A stretch of DNA of 63,693 nt, counting the filler, from Octopus bimaculoides (Eukaryota), in NCBI RefSeq assembly GCF_001194135.2. It is 9 parts of 9 records of this genome, joined end to end, with 100 filler letters (N's around TTAATTAATTAA, not from the genome) between each part and the next. Parts side by side here need not be neighbours in the genome. Positions count along the whole stretch, not along the records: positions 7,454 to 29,311 come from NC_068993.1; positions 29,412 to 40,670 come from NC_069007.1; 7 more parts are not named here. One strand, given 5' to 3'. Positions 25,383 to 37,985 of this stretch are shown here, piece by piece. Position 1 is the first letter of the stretch, and each line of letters starts with the position of its first letter. The notes beneath the pieces are model-generated. The model saw nothing but the letters and a program-made list of their open reading frames with translations, did not search any database and was not told where the DNA came from. The translations under genes were made by a program, and so were the position numbers.

Positions 25383-25427
<45 letters not shown>

Positions 25428-25768
25428 TCATCATCATCATCATCATTGTTTAACGTCTGCTTCCATGCTGGCATGGATTGGACGGTTTGACTGAGGACTG
25501 GCGAGCCAGATGGCTGCACCAGGCTCCAATCTGATCTGGCAGAGTTTCTACAGCTGGATGCCCTTCCTCACACCAACCACTCCAAGAATGTAGTGGGTGC
25601 TTTTACGTGCCACCAGCATGGCCAGTCTAATGGCTGAAGTAAAAAACATAAAAGAATAATCCACTGATGAATACTATGGGGTTGAGCAATTGATCCCACT
25701 TTCCCCACTACTGCAATGACGATGGGGAACCTGCGTTAAATATACACTTTCTTCATTTGATATTACAG

Positions 25769-25977
25769 ATACTAACATACATGGCAAAGTTGTCATTGTA
25801 ACAGGCACATCAAGTGGAATTGGCTGTGCAATTGCAGAAGCCTTTGTTAAAGCAGGTGCAAATGTTGCTATGGCTGCTCACAGGGAAGATAAGCTGCAGG
25901 AATTATGCAAGAAGTTCTCAGAAAATGCTCAAGGCCAAGTCATTGCCATTAAGACTGATGTTACTGACAAACAGCAG
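25769..25977 (+). CDS. SDR copy 2, Rossmann-fold exon (..TNIHGKVVIVTGTSSGIGCAIAEAFVKAGANVAMAAHREDKLQELCKKFSENAQGQVIAIKTDVTDKQQ)
   Basis: TATTACAG acceptor (phase-1 start) and GTATGA donor at 25978. TGxxxGIG and DVTD motifs. The ORF track lists this region in the wrong frame (25814..26029). Confidence 0.9.
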
Positions 25978-26466
25978 GTATGAAAGTTACTCTTTACCCT
26001 GGCTTCTTCAGCGTATCAAAGGGACATAAGCAAACTAACACAAGCTGTCAAGTTGTGGGGAAACAAACACAAGCATGAAGATATACACACATATACATAT
26101 ATACATGACAGGCTTCCAGATAGTTTCCATCTACCAAATTCATTTACAAGGCATTGGTCAACTCAGGTCTATAATAGAAGACTTTGCCTAAGGAACTTTA
26201 CAGATGGAATAAACATGAAAGTACAGGAAAACAGAAAACACACACAGAATGGACACAGACAAGCTCAAGCTCCTCATCAATTATTGACCAAATATCATCA
26301 CAATTTTGACAACAAATTTAAAGTGTGTTACATTAAAATAATTTCCACCAAGAAGCAAGATAATGAAAACAAGAAAAGCTACAATAACAATACCAACAAT
26401 CAATAATGGAAAAAAAAAACAACTGTTGTCAATGTATTTATTTATTCTTTTTTTTTTTTCTTGCAG

Positions 26467-26607
26467 GTGAAAGAGCTTGTTCGACGTACAGAATGTTCTC
26501 TTGGACCAGTTGGTATTTTGGTCAATTGTGCTGGTATTGGATATTACACTTTGATGAAAAACCTTAAAGAAGACGAATGGGACAGAACAATAGATACTAA
26601 TTGCAAG
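26467..26607 (+). CDS. SDR copy 2, exon paralogous to 8100-8240 (VKELVRRTECSLGPVGILVNCAGIGYYTLMKNLKEDEWDRTIDTNCK)
   Basis: Same length (141 nt) and splice positions as copy 1. 10 of 47 residues differ by my alignment. Confidence 0.9.
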
Positions 26608-27408
26608 GTAAATCATTTAATATGTACCTGTACAAAGAAACATACAGTATACACATGTAGACATAAAACTATACACACCTGCACACAGATACATACAATA
26701 CAGACCTGCAGTCATATAACTACACTGTATGTATACATATCTGTAATATGCAGACATCCTGAGATAAATACAAATAATATGCTAAAGAAAAATTAAAACA
26801 TTGAATCAATAGAGTTTCAAGCATTGATTGCATTAACAAAACTATGAAAATGAGCATTTTAGCCCATGGCTGCATCTAATAACTCTTTTGGGATACCTAT
26901 TCACAAGTTTATCTGTACACATTAAAATGCATAGCACTTTGTCAGAACAGATTGCAAAATCTTGATAATGTATTGTATGAATATGCATTTTTAGCAATGA
27001 TGGGCGGTGTCTCTTATTATGTTTGTAAACAATGCAATGTGGTTCCAATATCGATATTTGAAGCAATCAGTAGGTGCACCAATATCTAAAAAAAAAGCAT
27101 CTGCTTGTGTTATTACTGCATATACAGACATATACAGTATACACATGTATATAGGCATATGCATACATTATATGTATATACAGACACATGATATACACCT
27201 GTATATAGATACATACAATATATACCTGTGTATAGACATGAAATTACAAAACATCAAGTGATGTTAACTGAAACAAGAATTAGAAATAAACAAGAAAAAA
27301 ATCAGCAATATCTTTATTTTTAACAATAATGCTTTTAATAAATTGTATTGAATTTTTGAAAAATATAAAACTGGTAAAATGGACACCATTTCATTTTTGT
27401 TTCTTCAG

Positions 27409-27502
27409 GGTGTGACTAACTGTATTGGTGTTGTCCTTGATGGGATGATAAAGAAAAAATCTGGTCATATTGTCAACATATCCTCTGATGCAGGAAAAAA
27501 AA
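27409..27502 (+). pseudogene. SDR copy 2, exon paralogous to 8565-8657, with a +1 frameshift
   Basis: GVTNCIGVVLDGMIKKKSGHIVNISSDAG is followed by 7 A before the GTATATAG donor, where copy 1 has AGAAGA (6 nt). The exon is 94 nt versus 93 nt. No downstream YxxxK exon is visible for this copy. A homopolymer error cannot be excluded. Confidence 0.65.
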
Positions 27503-27945
27503 GTATATAGCTTTGTTTTAGCTTTATATATCATCACTTCATTTGTCTATGTAGTTGTAGTATTAGGAATATTTAACATTGTGCAGATTAATTGTGTGGA
27601 ATAATTTAGAATATAAGTTTGCAGCAAGCCATGTTAGAGATGCCTGATTGTGAGTCCTTCATTTTATGAATATAACAAACATTATTGAATGAAAGCATAT
27701 GGATTTCATTTCCCTACTCTCCTGAGACCAAAAAAGACAAATCTTGGTGTTATAGGTGGAAGTACAGGCCAGTATTGTATATATTTTCTCCATTGTTTAT
27801 TTCTGATGAAGGCCCATTGTACCTGAAATACATAAAGGTTGTTATACTTCTTCCTTTTTACATTGTAAAAAGCTCTTTGTTTTTTAATATTTTGCTATTT
27901 TACTTCTTTATGCCAATGGCTTCAAAGAAACTACAATACTGTTTT

Positions 27946-27981
<36 letters not shown>

Positions 27982-27984
<3 letters not shown>

Positions 27985-28339
27985 AGCAAGGCACAAGAAG
28001 CCAGTGCCATCCAAGAAAGGAGCGAGATCTTGCCTGCAACCTTGTCATGTGTGAGACTCTCGTTGGCAATGACTATTTAAGCACCCTTTTTCTTCCTTCT
28101 CGCTTACACTGAGAAACACTGCAAGTTGGCAGCTCACAGTGGATTCTTATCCTGCTCTAACTTCACCTGTTATCTCCAGATGTAATGTACCTCATGTGAA
28201 CGGAGCTATAACGAACCACGCACTGCCATAAAGATGGTCACTAGGAGCAAGCCACATGAACAAAAACTAAAATAAACAATTATTGAATTGCACTCCGCTT
28301 GTAAGCTTCTTCTTTGAGTTCCAGATCCTTAAGACTACA
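27982..28339 (+). mobile_element. Candidate solo LTR
   Basis: 358 bp bounded by TGTAG..CTACA, with TATTTAA at 28074 and AATAAA at 28271. Absent from the paralogous copy-1 intron. No TSD is seen because the left flank is a (GT)n tract. Confidence 0.4.
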
Positions 28340-29085
28340 GAAATAATTGTAATGGGCGAAGGTGCCCTTTTTCATGCCAACCATTTTACAGTGGGTACTG
28401 TGCTTTTTTCCCTGTCACTGGCACTAGTGAGTGACTAGTAACTTGTAAAACAGAAAAGGAACAGTGGGAAAAAATCCATGACTATAGAGGAGTGGAGTAT
28501 TTGAGAGAGTGGGAGGGCTTTATGGCAGGTGTTGAAAAGCTGAAGTGTGATAGAGGAACAAACACAGGTGTCATATATATATATATATGTATATATATAC
28601 ACCCAGAACCACGCTAATAGCCTAAGAGTGGAATTTAGGATTTCTCAGTGGCTAAAAGGTGTCGGGAGAAGGTCACCCAGGAGTCATGACCGGGATACAG
28701 CCTGGGTCTCTAAGCATTCCTTTATTTCCTCAGTACTTATTCTTCCAAGGTCAATAAAATAAGTACCAATCATCAAGACAGGTTAATTGACCGAAACCAC
28801 CTATAAACTATGCAGACTTGCTCCTGTTAAAATGAATATTCCACAGGGACCATTTGTTTGGTGTTACTGATTCAACACTGACTCTCTTAATACAGATATT
28901 TTAATGTTCCTTTTGTTCTAATCTCCTTCTCTATCTCTCCTCTTCTGTTTATGTACACAATCATATACCCACCACCACTACCCATTTTCCTTTATTCAAA
29001 AATTCTTATCGCTCCTTAAAATTATGGCTTTTAAGTGTTGATTTCTCAGCCCAAGAATTACAGCGTGATGTGCTGCTTGACTGGT

Positions 29086-29120
<35 letters not shown>

Positions 29121-29419
29121 ATATATATATATGATGATGATGATGATGATCTTTTCTCCCGCCATGCCTCTGTCTACCCCTCCATCCTCTCTCTCCCCCT
29201 TCGTAGTTTTTCCTTTAAGGTCTTCAGGTTCTGGCTATATATAAATGAGAAACCCATTCTAAATTATCTCGCTGACGTACTACGACGAAATACCCAAGAT
29301 GCAGATAAGATNNNNNNNNNNNNNNNNNNNNNNNNNNNNNNNNNNNNNNNNNNNNTTAATTAATTAANNNNNNNNNNNNNNNNNNNNNNNNNNNNNNNNN
29401 NNNNNNNNNNNAGCACAGA

Positions 29420-30510
29420 AATGGCATTACAGACTGGGGATGATAGGGGGCGGGGTGGGGTGGGGTTAGTGTTAGTAATAGTTTGGTTGTAATGGTGGTG
29501 ATGATGATGAAGATGATGATGGTTCTAGACAATGAGGAATGATGACAATAACAACAACTATAATGATGATGATGATGTTGATGGTGATGATGATGATGAT
29601 GATTGCAGTCAATGAAAACTGATGACGATGATGACAACACCCACAAAATGATGATGATGATGGTGGTGGTGGTGGTGGTGGTGGTGTTGGTGATAATGAT
29701 GATGAGGATGGTGGTGGTGGTGATGATGATGATTCTAGACAATGAGGAATGACAATAACAGCAACAACCACAAAATGATGATGATGATGATGATGATGAA
29801 GGTAATGATGATGATGATGATGTTGATGATGATGTCTCTTTTTACCTTTCATGACCATAATTAGAAATTAAGAAAATGAAATTGTATTTTTTTTTTTGTT
29901 CTCATCATTTCGAATGTAATTTTTTATTAATTTAAAATTCTTGGTTCGTTAACTTTAAATACGTTAGTGTCTACTCTTGCCAGATGAAGGTAATATAAGT
30001 CTGGCAAAAATTAAAATATTATTGGAGAAGTTGATCAAACACCTTCTTAAGTATTGAGTGGGGGGGGGGGAACGGAAGACGAAAATACTCACAAGAACAA
30101 ATTCGTTATCGATGTTATCTTCATCATCATCATCATCATTACTATTATCATCATCATCATTTACATTGCCATCTTCATCATCATCATCAATATCAAACAT
30201 CATCATCATCGCCATCATTGCCATCATCATCATCATCATCCTCATCATCGTCAACAGCCATCATTCCTATTGCCTTCCTTATCATCATCATCATCGTCGT
30301 CATCATCACCATCTCACCATCATTATCATCGTCATCACCATTATTGCCATCATCATCATCGTCGTCATCATTCCCATTGCCTTCCTTAACATCATCATCA
30401 TTGTCATCGTCGTCGTCGTCATCATCACCATCTCACCATAATTATCATCATCACCATCAGTGTCATCACCATTGCCTTCATCATCATCATCGTCATCAAC
30501 ATACATCGTG
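29420..30510. repeat. Imperfect (GAT/GGT)n tract (29420-29840) and (ATC)n tract (30115-30510), each with an internal higher-order duplication
   Basis: TTCTAGACAATGAGGAATGA recurs about 210 bp apart. CATCATTCCYATTGCCTTCCTTA..CACCATCTCACCAT recurs about 110 bp apart. Confidence 0.85.
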
Positions 30511-30944
30511 ATTGTCATCCTCATATTAATGTTTGCTCTCTGCATTCTTGCAGCAGAGTCGGACAAGGCATTTCGAGACAGTAGCATATCTTCCGATGCC
30601 CTTCTTCTCGTTAGTAACCCTTAGCTCTTCTCTGTTAAGGCAATTTATCCCAGCTGGCTTTGCTCATTGAACCGTAAATAATCCTAATCCAGCAGCATGC
30701 CTTGGATGTTAATCGATCTCGGAAACAATATTCTTACCTGTACCAAATTGATCAGTCATCTGAATAATGAATCTTTAATCATCTTGTTTAATCCTCCAAT
30801 GAGAATGGAAGGGTCAAGCGTTTAAGTAGAAATAATTAACCGGCCCTCGGTTGGTTACGATGATGAAGGTTCTAGTTGTTTCGATCAACAGAACTGTCTG
30901 CTCATAAAATTAACATGCAAGTGGCTGAGTACTCCACAGACATG

Positions 30945-31812
30945 CTTCTGGCTTAAAATCAGAAACAGAAGGGTTTATCATAGCAGCCCACGATCAATGC
31001 CTACCTACAAGAAACTACCAGACCAACATTACAGAATGGCAGCTGCTCCAACATGTTGTGTATATCAACAACAAAATGAAACCATTGATCATGTTGTCTC
31101 CATATGAAGTCTTCTTGCACCTACAGAGTATCTCAACAGGCATGACAGAACAGCACAATATATTTACTGTGTAATTTGCAAAACCTGGACCTGCCCCATG
31201 ATAAAAACTGGTGGGAACACAAACCACCCCCAATGCTTGAGAATGATCGCATCTCACTCCTTTGGAATTTCACCGTTCAAACTAACAGAAAGATAGATGC
31301 AAATAGGCCAGACATTATATTGAAAGACTTCAGACAAAAATCATGCCTCCTCATTGATATGACTGTCCCAATCGATATAAACGTATCTGTCAAGATCTAC
31401 CAAAAACTGAGCAAATATAAAGATCTTGAAATAGAAATTAGCAAAATGTGGAACCTGAAAACTAAAACCTGAAGACTATTGTCATAGGTACCCTGGGAAT
31501 GATAATAAAAGGGGCTGATTGCTACCTAGCTCAGATACCAGGAAACCCCAAATGGCAGAAGTTCAAAAGATAGTGCTCATGGGAACTGCCTATATCCTAC
31601 GTAAAATACTGTCTATGTGATCTCAAATTTTAAAACAAACTCATAATTTTCTTATGTTTTCTTAAACATTCTCTAGAACAACACTATGTACAAAACCAAA
31701 TATATGGCACCCTGGGCATAACACCAACATGAACTTCTAACTTGTTGTCTCTTGAGATCTCTGGATGAGATTTGGAGCCAAATTGTACAAATAGAAAGCA
31801 AAAATCAAACAT
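30945..31812 (+). mobile_element. 5'-truncated R4/Dong-type non-LTR retrotransposon, 3' end
   Basis: LKSETEGFIIAAHDQCLPTRNY, ETIDHVVS, NRHD and DANRPDIILKD..LIDMTVP..KLSKYKDLEIEI (PD..D..K endonuclease). The 3' UTR ends in (AAT)n from about 31813. Confidence 0.85.
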
Positions 31813-31814
31813 AA

Positions 31815-31849
<35 letters not shown>

Positions 31850-31889
31850 TGATGATGATGACGATAATAATAACACCAGCAACAATAAT

Positions 31890-32360
31890 AATATTAAAAA
31901 TAAACCAGGCAGTGGCTCTCATGGCTTCTGATCTTAATTGATTGCAAGTGTTATCATGTACATTGTTTTGTCTTGGTATGAAAAAAGGGCTACAGAAAAT
32001 ATTCTGCTCAATACCACAGATTTGCTTGTCAGTTGTTTGACCTTAACCAGTTGAGCATGTCCGTTGGTGGCTGACGATATGTGCATTTCTGATCACGAGC
32101 AGAAGTAGTGGGGGAGCATCATAGCCATGTGTTGAGAGGAATTCTTTGGGATTTGGATAATTCACCTTTGGAAACATGGGTGTTTCGTTCAACATCTTTA
32201 AGCAAATCTTATTCAGGGACCTTCTGAGCTGGATGGGCTACTCGACCTGAAGAAAATTCTAACTGGGCCCCACCTATGAGGTCAAGCGCTGTTTATCTTG
32301 ATATGAGATCACCATGTCGCGCACATATGGTTGTGACTAATGTGCCTGGTGTACTCTTAT
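31890..32360. repeat. Unclassified interspersed repeat
   Basis: Part of it recurs in reverse at about 49150-49260 (ACTGACAAGCAAATCTGTGGTA..), which in turn shares a block with about 50985-51020. Confidence 0.55.
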
Positions 32361-32475
32361 CAGACAGGTAGTACTGTGTTCATATATTTGCATCTCAGTG
32401 TCACTTTGATGGTATGCACTGCTTTCTCACTCAAGAATAATAATAATAATAATAATGATGATGATGATGAGGATG

Positions 32476-32531
<56 letters not shown>

Positions 32532-32939
32532 TGTAATGGTTTCAAATATTGGCACACGACAAGCCATTTCAGGAAAGAGAATAAGTCAATTACATTGACC
32601 CCACCCCCGCCACTGTTTAACTGCAACTTTGTTCCTTGAGCCTGGAAGAATGAAAGGGGAAGTCAAGTTTCGTGAAATTTGAACTCAGATTAATAGATTT
32701 CATCCTCCTCCTCACTGTCATCATCATCATTATCATCATCATCACCATCATCATAGTCGTCATCATCATTATTTTTAATCTCTTCTCCTTTCGCGCTAGA
32801 ATATGAGTTGGGTGAGATTTCTTAGGGCAGTACTGCACACCTGGATGCCCTTGTTTCTGCTGTTGAACCTTGTTATTTGGTAACATTACATCTATATCAT
32901 ATTAAGTAAGATGCTGATCATAGAGTACAGGTAAGCAGA

Positions 32940-32973
<34 letters not shown>

Positions 32974-33461
32974 GGGGGAGGGAAAGAGAGAGGAGTGGAA
33001 GCGAAGGATAATATGTGAATGTTATTTAATTATATTACAGCTAATTACTGTTTCTAAATTACGTTGCACATCTTTTGGTTTTTCTTTATGCATCGCCATT
33101 TTCACTTTAATAATTCTTTTGAAGACATGTTGAATGAATTTCTTAAAACTGAAATTTGCTAAATACACTGTGTATAGAATACACTACATTGGAAATAAGA
33201 GTGCACAACATGCACTTTATTCTGAATACACCGTAGACATAATAATACAGGCTACTAAATACAATCTAAACTCATGCTGGTTCCATGTAAATGGCACTTG
33301 TGCCAGTGCCACGTAAAAGGAACTTTTACATAACACTTTTACACATAACACGCAAACAAATATAAGTACATATTTATATAATAATATAAAAATAAGAAGA
33401 CCTTGTCTATAGTATGTTACAATTGTTTCTGTAGGAAGGCTGTTTATTTGCTCAATAATAT

Positions 33462-33876
33462 ACTCTTTACTCTTTTACTTGTTTCAGTCATTTGACTGTG
33501 GCCATGCTGGAGCACCACCTTTAGTCAAGCAAATCGACCCCAGGACTTATTCTTTGGAAGCATAGTACTTATTCTATCGGTCTCTTATGTTGAACTGCTA
33601 AGTTACAGGTACGTAAACACACCAGCATCGGTTGTCAAGCGATGTTGGGGGAACAAACACAGACACACAAACATATACACACACACACATATATATATAT
33701 ATATACATATATTCGACGGGCTTCTTTCAGTTTCCATCTACCAAATCCACTCACAAGGCTTTGGTCGGCCCGAGGCTATAGCAGAAGACAATTGCCCAAG
33801 GTGCCACACAGTGGAAATGAAGCCAGAACCATGTGGTTCATAAGCAAGGTACTTACCGCACAGCCACTCCTGCACC
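33462..33876 (-). mobile_element. SINE family A, full length
   Basis: Reverse complement of 35748-36159 along its whole length. Confidence 0.9.
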
Positions 33877-35051
33877 TACATATGTTACGTCAATTTATTA
33901 CATAACTTAACCATTTCATCAGATCTCTACATATGCGTGCATGTACATAGGTTTGTGTGTGCATTTGTGGTTCCTAATCTTGGCAATACTTGGAAATGAG
34001 TGACGTCTTTAATTTCCAGTCTTCTACGAGAAACATGTCAAGTCATGGGAAAATATTACCTACATGGAAGCCTTACTTGAGGATTAGCAACAAGGGGAGG
34101 TGACCATAGAAAATTTGTCCCACTGAATTCCATCTGACGCATTCAAACATGCAAACGTTCAAGTTAAAATGATAATGACAATGATAAAGATAACGATTAT
34201 GATGATGATTAAAATACTTATGAATTTGGGAAAACAGTTTGTTTGAGTATATATATATATATATATATATATNNNNNNNNNNNNNNNNNNNNNNNNNNNN
34301 NNNNNNNNNNNNNNNNNNNNNNNNNNNNNNNNNNNNNNNNNNNNNNNNNNNNNNNNNNNNNNNNNNNNNNNNNNNNNNNNNNNNNNNNNNNNNNNNNNNN
34401 NNNNNNNNNNNNNNNNNNNNNNNNNNNNNNNNNNNNNNNNNNNNNNNNNNNNNNNNNNNNNNNNNNNNNNNNNNNNNNNNNNNNNNNNNNNNNNNNNNNN
34501 NNNNNNNNNNNNNNNNNNNNNNNNNNNNNNNNNNNNNNNNNNNNNNNNNNNNNNNNNNNNNNNNNNNNNNNNNNNNNNNNNNNNNNNNNNNNNNNNNNNN
34601 NNNNNNNNNNNNNNNNNNNNNNNNNNNNNNNNNNNNNNNNNNNNNNNNNNNNNNNNNNNNNNNNNNNNNNNNNNNNNNNNNNNNNNNNNNNNNNNNNNNN
34701 NNNNNNNNNNNNNNNNNNNNNNNNNNNNNNNNNNNNNNNNNNNNNNNNNNNNNNNNNNNNNNNNNNNNNNNNNNNNNNNNNNNNNNNNNNNNNNNNNNNN
34801 NNNNNNNNNNNNNNNNNNNNNNNNNNNNNNNNNNNNNNNNNNNNNNNNNNNNNNNNNNNNNNNNNNNNNNNNNNNNNNNNNNNNNNNNNNNNNNNNNNNN
34901 NNNNNNNNNNNNNNNNNNNNNNNNNNNNNNNNNNNNNNNNNNNNNNNNNNNNNNNNNNNNNNNNNNNNNNNNNNNNNNNNNNNNNNNNNNNNNNNNNNNN
35001 NNNNNNNNNNNNNNNNNNNNNNNNNNNNNNNNNNNNNNNNNNNNNNNNNNN

Positions 35052-35102
<51 letters not shown>

Positions 35103-35747
35103 TTATATATATATATATATATATAGATCAATATATGCATATATGTACATACATATGTAACATGCTTGTAAATATATGTATATATGTATATAAAGATATA
35201 CACACATACACACATACACGTATTTATGTATGTATATATCCACATGTGTATATATTTTTTATTCTGCTATCGATTGCATTTGTATGATGTCATATTCAGA
35301 TTATAAATTTCTTCAGACTTCAATCTCTGCTCTTTTATATTATCCAGTTTTAATTTAGTAAATCTTCAAATAATACAATTTTATAGGAAAAAAGCAGAGC
35401 AAAAAAAAAAAAAAAGCCTTCATAATAATTCAGAAATGATATTTTTCTTTAAGTTTTATGTTTCTTTTTTGTTACCTATTTTCTAGGATTCAGATAATAT
35501 TTTAGATTTAATAACATTACCTCAATGGCTTTTAGTTGTTTCAAATATCCACTTATCTTTTTTACCTGTACCTGTATATACAACAGTATTAATCACCTAA
35601 ATATTCATATACTTACATACACACACACATGCACACACACATTTATGTATGTAGGTATGTATGCATATTTAGTGGGGATAAATATATTTCATATCAGATG
35701 AGTTTCTGTTTTTCAATTGTTAGAAATGTCATAGAAATGGTTATATA

Positions 35748-35918
35748 GGCGCAGGAGTGGCTGTGTGGTAAGTAGCTTGCTTACCAACCACATGGTTCCG
35801 GGTTCAGTCCCACTGCGTGGCACCTTGGGCAAGTGTCTTCTACTATAGCCTCGGGCCGACCAAAGCCTTGTGAGTGGATTTGGTAGACGGAAACTGAAAG
35901 AAGCCCGTCGTATATATG

Positions 35919-35949
<31 letters not shown>

Positions 35950-36159
35950 TTGTGTGTCTGTGTTTGTCCTCCTAGCATTGCTTGACAACCGATGCTGGTG
36001 TGTTTATGTCCCCGTCACTTAGCGGTTCGGCAAAAAGAGACCGATAGAATAAGTACTAGGCTTACAAAGAATAAGTCCCGGGGTCGATTTGCTCGACTAA
36101 AAGGCGGTGCTCCAGCATGGCCGCAGTCAAATGACTGAAACAAGTAAAAGTGTAAAAGT
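35748..36159 (+). mobile_element. Abundant bipartite SINE (family A: tRNA-like head, CCTTGGGCAAG core, central microsatellite, conserved tail)
   Basis: Best-preserved copy. Other copies or pieces: 6891-7047(-), 13070-13630(+, interrupted), 25035-25185(+), 33462-33876(-), 38150-38330(+), 38440-38640(-), 39325-39722(+), 40795-40972(+), 52022-52205(+), 58539-58890(+), 61755-61850(-). Confidence 0.9.
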
Positions 36160-36317
36160 GTATATGGTTTAGAATTTCATTTCAGAATTATAACTATACA
36201 ATTCCTGGCTTGGTCCTAATACATAATGCCTTGGCGAAGTATATTCTACTGGTTTATCATATCCTTTGCTTGAAGTATCAGATAAACAGAAACTTCATAG
36301 AAGACTCTCCCCATATA

Positions 36318-36936
36318 CGAGGGGGGTGGGGTGCTGAAAAGTTCTTGGCTTTAAGGGTATCACAAAAGACCTGGACGGAGGCCCAACCTTCTGAGTTCTT
36401 TTATAGGGCTTAGAAAAACTGAAGGACTGCTGCAATAAGTGTGTGAATTTGAGATGGGATTATGTTGCTGTTGGCACTCCGTCGCTTATGACGACGAGGG
36501 TTCCAGTTGATCCGATCAAGGGAACAGCCTGCTCGCGAAATTAACGTGCAAGTGGTTGAGCACTCCACAGACACGTGTACCCTTAACATAGTTCTCAGGG
36601 ATATTCAGCGTAACACAGTGTGACAAGGCTGACCCTTTGAATTACAGGCACAACAGAAACAGGAAGTTAGAGTGAGAGAAAGTTGTGGTGAAAGAGTACA
36701 GCAGGGTTCGCCACCATCCCCTGCCGGAGCCTCGTGGAGCTTTAGGTGTTTTCACTCAATAATCACTCACAAAGCCCGGTCTGGGAATCGAAACTGCGAT
36801 CGTACAACCGCGAGTCTGCTGCCCCAACCACTGGGCCATTGCGCCTCCACTGGGAATATGTTGAATAACATTATAATTAACTGATCCTCCTCTATTTTCT
36901 TTTACTCAAAGCCAGGAACTTTTCAGCACCCCCTCA
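36318..36936. mobile_element. Mariner-derived MITE interrupted by a SINE
   Basis: TA|CGAGGGG..GTGCTGAAAAGTTCTTGGCTTT left TIR and AAAGCCAGGAACTTTTCAGCACCCCCTC right TIR. Another right end lies at about 41820-41882. Confidence 0.75.
36468..36850 (-). mobile_element. tRNA-headed SINE (family D), full length, with TSD
   Basis: A-box TGGCCCAGTGG and B-box GGTTTCGATTCCC on the - strand. 13-bp TSD TGGGATTATGTTG / TGGGAATATGTTG (one mismatch). Confidence 0.88.
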
Positions 36937-36963
36937 AACAAGCCCTAATCATCGTCGTCATCG

Positions 36964-36999
<36 letters not shown>

Positions 37000-37276
37000 G
37001 CATCACCGTCATCCTTTAACATCCATCTTCCATGCTGGAATGGCTTGGACAATCTTGACAGGAACAGGCAATGCCAAGGACCACACCAGATTCCATAGTC
37101 CTGGTTAATTTCTACAGCTGGATGCCCTTCCTAATGCCAACCCCTTTGCAGAGTGTATGGGGGTGCTTTTTGCATGCCAAAACAAAGTGCTTGTTACATG
37201 ATGCCATTAGGAACATCATATAAATATCTCACAATCATGAATGCAACACCCTAACCACTGGGCCATTCACCCTCAC

Positions 37277-37353
<77 letters not shown>

Positions 37354-37985
37354 AAGAAGAAGAAGAATATTAATAATAATAATAATAATAGTCACTTTCC
37401 TCTGGGATTTTTCAGTCAGCACTGATGGAACGGTGGTGGTGGTGGTGGTGGAGATGATAGTGATGATGGTGATGATGATAGTGGTAGTGGTGATAGTGAC
37501 GGTGGTGGTAATGGTGGCGGTGGTGGCGATGGTGGTGGTGGTGGTTATGGTGGTGGTGGTGGTGGTGGTGGTGATGATGATGATGGTGCTGATGATAATG
37601 ATGGTGGTGGTGGTGATGATGGTAGTGATGGTGCTGGTGATGGTGATGGTGATAGTTGCGGAGATGATGGTAGTGGTAGTGGTGATAATTGTGGTGGTGG
37701 TGGTGAGAGTGGCAATAGTGATGACGACGATGATAACGATAACAATGACAACTATGACAACGACAGCAATGACGGTGAAAATGACATCGATGCCAACTAT
37801 ACTAACACCCATGCCAACATTGACGACAATGACGGAATTGACAAAAAGCAACAACGGAGACATCAACACATACGACGGTGATGGCAGCAAAGATTATGAT
37901 GATGATGAAGAGTACGATGATGCTGGCAATGATAACGCAATTGCCAAAGAAGCTGCAGGCATCAGTGCTGATGCCAAGATTGATG
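37277..37985. repeat. Compound triplet low-complexity tract (AAT, AAG, GGT/GAT, GAC)
   Basis: Direct reading. It accounts for the long poly-I/R/V/M/T ORFs on both strands. Confidence 0.9.

Larger units (their letters stand above)
26085..28950 (+). repeat. Segmental duplicate of about 7690-10240 (SDR introns and exons)
   Basis: Collinear intronic similarity: 26100-26466 to 7720-8099, 27503-27850 to 8658-9030, 28440-28590 to 9220-9350, 28720-28920 to 10000-10210. Confidence 0.9.

Noticed and set aside
26467-26607. Q-to-R, H-to-R and D-to-G differences between SDR paralogs look like fixed A-to-I recoding
   Set aside because: G-to-A differences occur about as often in the same exon. There is no directional bias, and the copy retains introns.
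30730-30760. - strand 22-nt exon-like ATGACTGATCAATTTGGTACAG with a GTAAGA donor
   Set aside because: Isolated, with no partner exon or homology. Compatible with chance.
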